A stretch of 64,000 nucleotides of DNA, from positions 5,456,001 through 5,520,000 of the forward strand of contig OZ176054.1 of NCBI GenBank assembly GCA_964247055.1. Reading direction: 5' to 3'. Positions 12,626 to 23,319 of the stretch are shown piece by piece (positions within the stretch are counted from its first letter, which is position 1; the number at the start of each line of letters is the position of its first letter). The notes below the pieces were generated by a model. It was not told the DNA's origin and did no database searches. It saw only the letters and a list, made by a program, of their open reading frames with translations. Position numbers and translations under genes: made by a program. The stretch comes from Paragordius varius (lineage: Eukaryota; Animalia; Nematomorpha).

Positions 12626-14278
12626 GGATAAACTAACCGGGACTTTTTGATGTATGGCACCGGCTGACGCAACATCCTCTCCAGGCTAGAATCGAACAAT
12701 GACCGTAAATCCTTAATGACCCCGATCTTTAAAACTTACCTAAAAAACTTCAATAATTGTGGCCAACTGAGCTCTTGAAGCTGCGCTGATGAACGCGATT
12801 ACGATTATACCCCGAAAACCTCGATCACTTTTAAGCTCTTGGCAAGAGGAAACGCACCAGAGTTACTAATCCTATCCCGTTGAAAACCAACGCAAAACTC
12901 CCTGCTATATGACGATGACATCGGAACCGCTTATATTTGAGGGCTGATTACCAATATTCAACTTTTATTTGAACCGGATATGCTCCAGATTGAATGATAC
13001 TATTGCGAAGTCGGTATTATTTTAAGGTTAATTCCCACTGCTGGATAAGGTATGAATTTTATTTTACAACGCTCTGTTAATGTCAGTTAATATTGATGTA
13101 ATTAAGGTATAAATTTTTATTTTAAAACGCTTTGTTAATGTCAGTATTGATGTAATTAAGGTATAAATTTTTATTTCACAACGCTCTGTTAATGTCAGTT
13201 AGTATTCATGTAATTAAGGTATACATTTTTATTTTACAACGCTTTGTTAAAGTCAGTATTGATGTAATTAAGGTATAAATTTTTATTTCACAACGCTCTG
13301 TTAATGTCAGTTAGTATTCATGTAATTAAGGTATACATTTTATTTTACAACGCTTTGTTAATGTCAGTATTGATGTAATTAAGGTATAAATTTTTATTTT
13401 ACAACGCTCTGTTAATGTCAGTTAGTATTCATGTAATTAAGGTATAAATTTTTATTTTACAACGCTCTGTTAAAGTCAGTTAGTATTGATGTAATATTTA
13501 AAACAAAATCTGTTAATGGTAAACACCTATACAGATAGTTAAGAATATAGACTGCTTCCCACAGATATCCCACGAACAAAATGTACCACTGAATGTATAA
13601 AGCATGCAAGACGCGACTCTGAATAGACTATTAACCAATTATTGTGGGACGACGTCCTGGGAAGCAATGTTGGAGCCGCTGATATTTGAGCAGGGCTGGT
13701 TACCAATCTCCGACATTTTGTTGGTCGGAGTTGAGTCTTACCTCAGAGCAAGGTCAACGACCACTTATCCCGGGTTAGCGTCCCAGTTGAAGGTACAACT
13801 GAAACATGGTCGCACGAAGGGGTAACGTTGACGCTTGTAATGTCTAAGATCTCCAAAATTGGTCTACCTTAAAGGCCACACTCATTTAGAAGCAAAAGAA
13901 GACCCCCTTCCACACCAAAGATAAGAGCTTAATTAACTCTACATTTGATTTAATATAGACCTTTGACATTACTTTATGGAGTAATCAAACCCTGTTTGTA
14001 CGGTTATTTAAACTCAAATATTGCTTTTATTTACCTAACAAGGCGATATTAACATTTCTTTTAATATATGTATATATATATAGCTTATTAACTATACTAA
14101 CTCCCATTAACACATCTAACATGAAGGCTTTTATTTATGTATGTAGATACTAACGTCAACCCCAACCTCCGATGTGTTTCCCCGCTCTGAAGCTCAATGC
14201 ATTACGGGTGGGTAGGGATTGCCTTGACGGCAGGTGGCCGACGATCTTCCGACGCTACACCCTTTACTTGTTGTTTAC
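12626..14278. mobile_element. 1,653-bp insertion of unknown class flanked by a 14-bp direct repeat (probable TSD)
   Basis: TTGAATGGAGCTAA occurs exactly at 12612-12625 and 14279-14292; the interior is GC-richer than the flanks, carries a minisatellite and ends in a short repeat-like tail (TTTACTTGTTGTTTAC). No TIR or RT motif recognised. Confidence 0.75.
13047..13495. repeat. Minisatellite, 8 units of 53-58 bp alternating long/short (about 112-bp higher-order dimer)
   Basis: AAGGTAT starts at 13047, 13104, 13158, 13216, 13270, 13328, 13381 and 13439; long units carry ctctg...gtcagttagt, short units ctttg...gtcagt. Confidence 0.97.
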
Positions 14279-14942
14279 TTGAATGGAGCTAAATTACCGT
14301 AGCAAAAAAAGTGATTTAATAAATACAAATGTATTATGGAATATTATGACGCCCCACAACTCTTTAATTTGTTTGATTAATTCTTATTTTATAAATTATA
14401 TTTTTTTTGTAAAAGCATTATCTATAAATATGTGATCATATATGATAATCATTATTTTTTTCAGAATACTGCGGTTGTATATATAATCATATCGATATTA
14501 TGTTAATGTAACCAGATATTTTGAACTTGGACGCAGTACAAAATTAAAACATTCTTTGTTCTTTTCACATCATCGTTGTGGGATATTACACAGTTTCCAA
14601 AAATATCCTGATAAAATATATATTCTGATAGAAAAATATCAGTATTATCAGGTTGCTTTTGATTTTAACCTTTACGATTATTAAAAGTTATTTACACTTT
14701 GGTAGGTGCTCAGTATAAAATGACAAAAGGTGTGCAATTTTTTCACTTACAATGGTGAAGGCTAAATGCTTCAAAAATATCACTAAATTATAACATAAAC
14801 TACATGTAAAAAGCAAAAAATTTTAATTATTTAGATGTGGGCCCTGATAGTCCCAAATTTTTTGGCTTTTTAAAATGGACTGTTCTCTTAAAAAAACGCA
14901 AAAATTACGACATTGTGTAATAATTATATATATATAAAATAT

Positions 14943-15013
14943 GGCCAACAAAGTCCTATTGCCACCTCCCCGTGGTGTTGGCTGGGGCATGAAAATGCGC
15001 TAACGGCAAAGGC
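14943..15013 (+). ncRNA. HDV-like (delta-like) self-cleaving ribozyme at the retrotransposon 5' end
   Basis: P1 GGCCAAC(14943-49)/GTTGGCT(14977-83) with G.U at the cleavage site; P2 CCT(A)TTGCC(14955-63)/GGCAAAGG(15005-12); P3 ACC/GGT; L3 TCCCCGT; P1.1 CC/GG(14984-85); P4 GCAT-GAAA-ATGC; J4/2 GCTAAC with the catalytic C at 15000. Confidence 0.93.
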
Positions 15014-15274
15014 CAGTTTTCTAATGATCTGTAAAATCATTAGTTGTACACAAGGGCATGTGTTACGTAAAAATTGCCTCAATAAACCATGAAGTATAAT
15101 AATATGAATTTGAATTTGAAAGAACATTAAAACCTATCAACATCTCAAATAACAATAATAATTCAACTTATAATAATTATTTTGATAATATTTTTATTTA
15201 TTAATAATATTTCCTATTTAAACTTTTATACCCTATATTTTCTGATATATATTATAATAAAAACTACCAAAACT

Positions 15275-18271
15275 ATGAAAATAAATAATACCGTTAGTAA
15301 TAATAACAAAGCAGTTCTGAAATTTGCTACATGGAATGTGGGTACCCTCGTTAACAAAATATTAATGGTAACAAACACTCTTAGTCATAACAATATAGAT
15401 ATATGTTGCATCCAAGAGGCCAGATTGAAAGGAGAGGGATTGAAAAGCTTAGACGATTATACACTATTCTTTAAAGGAAATGACAAGGGATAAGGTGGTG
15501 TTGCGATTTTCATTAAAAACATCTACCGTGATAACATAATTGATGTAATAAGACATAATCCAAGAATGATTCAAATAAAAATATTGATGAATGATAATGT
15601 AATAAATATAGTTTCAACTTACGCACCACAATCTGGTCTAAGCGAAGCATCAAAAAACGAATATTGGGAAGCCCTCTATGATTTGATGAACAAAACTTCT
15701 TCTAGCGAACAAACTTTTGTTGGTGGTGATTTTAATTGCCATATTAATAATGATAGTAATGAATACCATGGCGTGCATGGTGGAAATGGTGTTGGAGCCC
15801 TCGATAACATGGGCGAGAGTTTGCTAGACTTTTGCATTGCAAATCAACTCATAGTCGCAAATACCCATTTTAAGAAAAAAAGCAACCAGCACATAACATA
15901 TAATTCTGGTGATCACTCATCTATGATAGATTTCATATTAATTCCCAAAAACATTAGGAAACATTTAACAAACATCAAAACTTACTATCAACCCTCCTAC
16001 CAACACAAGCTAATAACAGCATTTCTAATCATCGAGAAAAGCTGTAAGACCGCATTCCAACCCCAAAAAATAAACATAGCAAAGTTAAAGGAGTCAAAAT
16101 TATTAACCGAATACACCAAAAACACAGCGTTAAATATTCCCGAACAAAACAATGTTGAAACTCTATGGAAAAATTTTAAAAGCACAATTCTAACATCTGC
16201 TAAAATACATTGTGGCTTTACTAAACCAATGAGGCAACGGAAAAGCTGGTGGTGGAAAAAGGAAATAAAACCATTGTTGCGTGAAAAAGGCGAAGCATAT
16301 AAAAAATGGAAAAGCTCGAAAAATAAGGATGATAAAAAAGTTTATGATGACAAAAAACGAGAGGTCCAGAAAGCCATTCGACACGCTATGAATGAAAAAT
16401 CCATTAAAATCGCTGAAAGTTTAGAAAAAGACTTTAAAAACCAAACAATTTTTAAAAGACTCAAAAACCTTATCAATAGTAATAAAGATGTTAAAACCAT
16501 AAAATGTATTAAAGATGATAATGATAATATAATAACGAATCCCTCGAAAGTCAAAGAAATTTGGAAAACGAACTTAGAAAAACAACTCAACCAAGTAAAC
16601 CCGACTAAACAAATTAGCATGGTTTCACCAGTAGCTGGTCCCATACAAGAAATCACCATAGATGAAGTCACAACTGCAATCAATAAATTAAAAAGTAACA
16701 AAGCTCCAGGCCCAAGCAGCCTTTCAGTCGACCTCATTCGACCCATCACAAACACTGCAGAATATCTAACAAAACTCTTTAACCAAATAATAATTACAAA
16801 CCAAACTCCCAACGATTGGAAGAACAGCATAATAATCCCCATTTATAAAAATAAAGGCGATCGTTTAAAAACATCGTCCTACCGACCTTTAAAACTTCTA
16901 GAACACACACTGAAAATATTCGAAAATATTTTAGAAAACAGGCTGAGAAAACTTATAAGCTTAGATTCAAATCAGTTTGCATTCCGTCCAAACAGTAGCA
17001 CAATTGATCCCTTGTTCATCCTAAGACGCTTACAAGAAAAATATCTGGAAAAGAAACAAAAGCTATACCATGTCTTTGTAGATCTGGAACATGCGTTTGA
17101 CCAAATACCACGCTCAACAATTCAATGGGCACTACGTAAAAAGGGAATAGAAGAACATACTATACAAATTTTATTACTACTCTATAAAAATACAACAACC
17201 AACGTTAGAACCAATATTGGCAATACAAACAATTTCCCAACAAACGCTGGACTACATCAGAGTTCAGTCCTAAGTCCACTCCTTTTTATAACTATAATGG
17301 ATGCGGCAACGCAAGACATAAGAACTGAATGCCCTTGGGAAATGTTATTCGCCGACGACCTCGTGATAACGACACGATCATGGGATCAACTGGTAAATAC
17401 ATATTCCAAGTGGAAGAAATGCCTTGAACAATATGGAATGATCATAAACGCCACAAAAACAAAAATAATGATAACGGGTGAAAGTGAAACACCCAGATAC
17501 CCCTGTTCCATTTGCAGTAAGGAAGTACGTTCAAATTCCATTAAATGCATATCATGTCAATTGTGGGTACACAAAAAGTGCTCTAAAATAAAAGACAAGT
17601 TAACAAATGTAATTAATTTTAAATGCTTAAATTGCTTAGACCCAAGCAATAAAAATTTTAATCGACCAAAGCTACTTAACATTGATGGACATGATATCGA
17701 ATTGGTTGACTCTTTCGTATACCTAGGAGATGTCATATCATCTCAGGGAAGCCCACAAAAGGCTATCAAAAGAAGAATACAACAAGGTTGGATAAAATAT
17801 AATCAATTAAAATATGTTTTCCAAAACAAACATGTTAACAATCGTAATAAATGGTATCTTTACAAGGCAGGAATAAGACCTGCTCTTACCTATGGTTCTG
17901 AAACCTGGGCATTAAACAAAACAAATCAAACAAAACTCCTAACCAGTGAGAATCGAATACTCAAAAGCTGCTTTCGTACACCAGAAATACCAATTTTCAT
18001 TAAAGAAAACGATAAAATCGATTATATAATTCAAACTAACAGATTGCGTCTATACGGTCATACTCAGAGAAGAGACGCCACCCATCCGTTAAAAACTGTT
18101 GAAAACATTAATGTTGATGGCAATAGAAGAAAGGGACGACCACTCTTTTCTTATAATGATAATATAAAAATGGACTTGAATCAACGTAGCCTTTCCACAG
18201 AACAATGTAAAGATCGTAATTTATGGAGGAAGCTACTTCATGGATATAAAACTCCGAATATGGAGTCCTAA
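15275..18271 (+). pseudogene. RTE ORF: AP endonuclease + reverse transcriptase with inserted PHD finger; one in-frame TAA at 15491-15493
   Basis: The two listed ORFs (15182-15493, 15566-18271) are in the same frame, separated by one stop (KG*GGVAIF). EN motifs FATWNVGTL, DICCIQE, GGDFNCH, SMIDFIL; RT motifs KAPGPS, YRPLKLL, FVDLEHAFD, LHQSSVLSP, LFADDL, FVYLG; RTE C-terminus RLRLYGH...RRKGRP...KDRNLW. Confidence 0.93.
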
Positions 18272-19222
18272 AATTATCCATCCATATATAAAATATATTT
18301 TTTAAAAAATGCACACTATCAAAGATTTAATTTTTATCAAAATTTTTTAGAGCCTACTTCATTTTTAACATGATGGAAACGATATAAACGGTTGAGATGC
18401 TATAACATTTTAGATATATAATTCGATAATGCTAATTCTCAATCAAATTTTGATTTTAATATTCGCTCGTTCCCAAATTTATGTTAGATAAAAATTGTGT
18501 TTTTTTTACAAAAATTCTCCAAAATTTTCAAACCTTAAATTAAATATTTGAACCTATAGTAATGTTCAACATCATCGAATTATTTAGAAAAAGGGATTTA
18601 ATATATCTTAAAGCGTTATACCGTTTACATCTGATTCAAAATCGTTAGAAGTACGCTTCAACAAAATATCTCAATTTGTTTATGCAAAATAATAAGAAAA
18701 TTAATAAAAATTAAAGTTTAGGAAAAAAATTAAATAATATCATTCCTCCAATGAGTATAAACGTAAAAATTCTTAATTTTTATACGAAAAAAGGTTATTT
18801 CATAATCATATGCAATATATTATAAATTTTATATCAACAATTATCTATATAATTTTCCATTTGATAATTATGGCAGAAAATGAACTTTGTAAACTTGATC
18901 AGACATTTATTAAAATACAAAAATTAATTTTATTATTTTAAATTTAGAGGCACCTCTTTTTACGGAAGCCCTGAGTTAAAGAGTCATTATCCCGAGGGAT
19001 TCCAAGATTTAAAGTTTCGTCACTGAAGGCTGCAATCCTAAGTTTTATGTTTAATTCAAGCAGAAAATAAAATATAAACCAATTAAAAATAGGCCAATCT
19101 TAGTTACCGCAAAATGAATCATTTCTCTTTAAATTATAGGGGTTGTTTTTATTGAGAGTACTATATTAAATTCTATAAAAGGTAATTATAATATATTTAC
19201 AAAAAATTAAATTTTAATTTAA

Positions 19223-19783
19223 CACTTCGATTCAAATTGGGGTATCAAAATACCCCAGACAAAATTTGAGTTAGGATTTTTAAAAAACTACTGAAGGAAA
19301 TGATCCCAATTTTAATTTATGCTTCCATCCTAATAAAAATTATATAAATATGCCAAAATATCTGAATAAAATTTTGTTATGAAAAAAAGTTCCATCTCAA
19401 ACTATTTGGACGCCATTTTTATTTTAAAATTTTTTTGCAAAATATCGTCTTCATTTAATTTCGGTAAAATTAATGCTAATTTTTTATTTAAATCACATCT
19501 AACATTGATAGAAATAGAAAAAGCGGTTTGCTTTTCATTATTTTTCAAAATTACCATTGCATACATGTCACGTTGACTAAATTTTTATATTTGGGTTTTA
19601 TCAAGTATTTTTGAATAAAATTTTTTACATATTTCGGTTTATTTATGTTATTAAAGTGCAAAATTTTGCCATAGTTTCGATTCCTTCGAAACTTTTAAAA
19701 GAATTTTATTTTAAACGGGCCTGGAATATTTAACTACCCCAATTTGAATCGAAGGACTAAAATGAATGTGTTGTATCCAAGTG
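19223..19783 (+). mobile_element. piggyBac-like non-autonomous element (MITE), 561 bp
   Basis: TTAA at 19219-22 and 19784-87; ends CACTT...AAGTG; internal inverted repeat CTTCGATTCAAATTGGGGTA / TACCCCAATTTGAATCGAAG abuts the left end but is offset by about 24 bp at the right end. Confidence 0.88.
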
Positions 19784-20926
19784 TTAAATTCAAAAAGCAG
19801 TACAAAAGTGGGCGCAGTATAGGCGCAGTTTTTTTCTGAAAATCCAGTACTGTACTGCGAAAAACAGCCTATCTGGTCACATTATATTATGTATACTAAT
19901 AAAATATAATTCGGGCATTCAACTAACAAAAACAATATTTTTAGACTTTTACACAGATTTTTATATATTTAATACTTTACTGCTATGAATATTGGTTAAA
20001 TTAAATGTAATTTTATATAACGCACGGTTCGGCTGAAGCATAGCAGATTCTCAGTTATATAATTTGTTGATGATGAAGATTTTCTAATCAGAAAAAAGAA
20101 TTGTTTCAATGAGTATTTTTGCATTTTTTGCTATCAAATTTACTAAAAAATTGTAGCAAACAACTTTTGACAGTCTTTTACAGGTTCGGAGTAGTTATTA
20201 TAAAGAAATTAACTTAAACTTATGTGGTCCTCCATGTCAGAAAATGAACTGTCCGCACCTTTTCTTAAATTAATTTTTTTGTTGAAAGACTAGTGCTCCA
20301 TTACAAATAAGGCTTTTAAATTAAAATATTTATAAAATACTGATTAAAATCAAAATATAATTTTTATAACATATAATATTTTAGATGGGTCTGTGAAATC
20401 ATATTTTTGGGTCTATAAAAAAGCAAGTTCTTTTACAACAAAGGCGAAAAGGTGTCGAGATTGCGCCAAAAAATTCTAAATATATCCTAAATTTTGACAT
20501 AAAAAAGAAATTTTGATAAATTAATGCATACAAGAGTTTTATAATATCCTCTTACTCTTCAAGTTTACCAACTGGCAAAGAAAATTAGGGATTTTTTAAC
20601 AATATTCTGGACGGGTAACCTATATTAGATTATATTTCGATATTTTTACCTTATGATGCGGTTTAAATTTGGTGGTGTAATGGCGGATTTGATAAAAGTT
20701 TAGCCGCTGTCGAAGGCGCTAAAATGAATAATTGAGCCTCTACCTTTTAAAAAAACATAGTAGGGTGCAATTATAACATCCATTGAGCGGGTGGGGCTGA
20801 CCAAGGCAGTTTTTATTAAAATGATAGCTGACTATCAAAATTAACAACCCCTAGATGTCAACACTTTTTTCCACACCATTTTGCATACTTTTAATCAAAC
20901 ATCTAACTTTATTATGTAAAATTCAT

Positions 20927-23319
20927 ATGGTTTTTCAGTGCTGTTTTGGAGGCGAGGAGCGGCATAATGCATCCTCTAAAAGCAAACTTATTGATCGTGA
21001 TATCAAAAAATCGCAAAAATTATTTTACAAACAAATAAAATTGTTACTCCTAGGGCCTGGTGATAGTGGAAAAACTACCTTTATGAAACAAATGAAGATA
21101 ATAAACAATGTGTCATTTACGTCTGAGGAATTATTGGATTATAAGGATTCAATATACAATAATTTATTTAATGGAACAAAAAATGTTCTTTGTAATTTAA
21201 GCCAAACTCTCCCAAATTATAATGGTTTTTTGACACAAATTAATAATTATGATAATCACATTTCATCAATCGTAACGGTATTGAATCAACTTTCTCAAGA
21301 TTCATCCTTTATGAATTTTTTAAGCTCTCAATACTTTATGGTACATTTTGATATAATTTTAGTCATCCCTAAATTATTTTTACAACAATCTTGGTCGAAT
21401 ATTAAATCAAGTAAAATATTAATTATATATAAGAATTATGTTCCAAACCTAAATGATATACTCCACTGCCGGAAATCTACTAAATCTATTAATGAATACC
21501 TCATTAACATTCATGATATACCATTTAGGTTTAATATATTGCCATATTTTTATTTTTTGAAAAATTTACGTCGATAAATTTATATTTTCACATCATTTGA
21601 ATTCATAAAAGCTCTATATGATTGCAGAAATTATGATACTTTCAATATCAAATATCTCTAGTATGTTAAATATTCTATCAGTTTATCATAACCGATAGAA
21701 AACAATATTTTGTGTCAATTTTTTGTTTTTTACTTCAAATAAAAATTTTAAAATATTTAATTTGTTGTTTATTGTGCTTTATTTAATAAAATTATTACTT
21801 TTGAAAGAAATATTGCGGAATAATACATTTGAAATAGATATTCTTGTATTATGCACTCAAACATGTCCAATCGTTAAATGAGGGTGGTTCCCTCTATAAA
21901 TATATTTTTAAAATTATTAGGTTAATTTAGCTGAAATTTTGTACATATATACAAAGATTGTATTAAACACATTTATCAAATGTTTAGTCCGTTTTGATTG
22001 CTATTATCCATATCACTAAATTTAAATAAAATACTCTGATCAAAATATTTAATATAATATTCGTAAGAAATTAGAACCCAATGATTTTTACTAATCTCGT
22101 AAATTTGTTATATAATATAAATTTAAATGGCTTACCATTATTATTCTATGGTAATATTATAAATATATTGTGTATGCGTACTATTTTTTAATATTTGTTT
22201 TAATATGTCTCTTTTACTCCTATAATTTAATATAAATATAGATTTGTAGATGTTGGTGGTCAAAAATCTCAACGACAGAAATGGGTCCAATGTTTTGAAG
22301 GCGTCACGTCCATTTTATTTTTTGTAGATTCCGCTAAATTATTTTCCGATATGCATTTAAATAATCCGTCCAAAGAAGAAACCATCCATGAAAGTATTAA
22401 AATGTTGCAAATTACTTTAAATTATTTAATTTTTTTATAAACAAAGTCTTAATGACTTCAATCCGCATCATAGCTCTTTATCAAGAAAATAAAAAGTTAA
22501 AATTCTTTCTAATTTCATAATTTTTGTCTCAATTTAAGGGGGCTCCAAAATACTCCCAAACTGTTAAATCCCATCATTTAAGATTTTTTTAAAAAGCAAA
22601 CAAGTTTCTGATGATAGCATGAGCTATTTACAGTGGCGCTATTATATTTAAAAAAGCTCGTTGCAAGGAACGGCCTGTATAAATTTAATTTATTCCATTT
22701 AAACAATAATTTATGATTAATGCTTTTATAATGTGTTTATATCAATACAGATTCCATTTGTGATGATAATAGTCAATTATTACAACAAGAGCAACAACAA
22801 AAAGGATTAATGGATTATGCGAGTGAAACGTTAGCCATTTTCGAAACTCTCATAAATAATCGATTTTTTACGGAAGTTTCTGTCATATTTTTTTTGAACA
22901 AAACGGACATACTTGAAAAAATTATTGGTAAATATAATGATGATGATGAAGAAGATAGAAAACTTACTAATAATGCACATGTCATGCATTTAACGAACCC
23001 CAGTCATCACTCCAACAATGATCTCAAAGCTTTAGTCGTAGAAAATAATACTAATAAAGATTTGATTCATAATGTCCAAAATACAACAGGAAACGCTAAT
23101 TCGACCAATACCCTAATCGTTTCAAATAAAAAGAGCATAACACTCTCTGACGTACAAACTGATATATACAACATATTTTTGACTTGCCGACGCGATAAAA
23201 ATAAACCCATTTTTTGTCATTGTACAACGGCTGTAGATACGCGAAATATTGAACGAGTTTTCGAAGATGTGCGAAATACTTTGTTGGACAAAAATTTGAG
23301 AAACATTACATTATCCTAG
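20927..23319 (+). CDS. GNA12: Heterotrimeric G protein alpha subunit, G12/13 family, divergent (exons 20927-21340, 21363-21410, 21434-21528, 22242-22393, 22751-23319)
   Basis: MVFQCCF (palmitoylation-like), KLLLLGPGDSGKTTFMKQMKII, NYFYNNLGRI, DILHCRKSTKSI, FVDVGGQKSQRQKW, FFLNKTD, HCTTAVDTRNIERVFEDVRNTLLDKNLRNITLS (G12/13-type C-terminus). GNA12 versus GNA13 cannot be distinguished. Confidence 0.9.

Larger units (their letters stand above)
14943..18283 (+). mobile_element. Full-length RTE-clade non-LTR retrotransposon (3,341 bp)
   Basis: 13-bp TSD ATATATAAAATAT at 14930-14942 and 18284-18296; 5' HDV-like ribozyme; single APE-RT ORF; 3' ATCC-ATCC microrepeat tail. Confidence 0.95.

Noticed and set aside
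12786-12830. CTGATGA...CGAAA hammerhead-like core in the SmB-upstream insertion
   Set aside because: Stems I, II and III cannot be paired.
13047-13495. CRISPR-like regular repeat
   Set aside because: Units are contiguous with no unique spacers, no cas genes are present and the context is eukaryotic; it is a minisatellite.
15997-16842. Minus-strand ORFs of 62-166 aa
   Set aside because: Antisense shadows of the RTE ORF.
8187-19576. Small ORFs 8187-8420 and 19379-19576
   Set aside because: Both lie inside AT-rich piggyBac-like MITE copies; no transposase motifs.
20855-21577. 240-aa ORF as the literal G-alpha N-terminal protein
   Set aside because: It reads through two micro-introns in the wrong frame for the 48-nt middle exon; the likely start is ATG 20927 and the ORF's tail is intronic.
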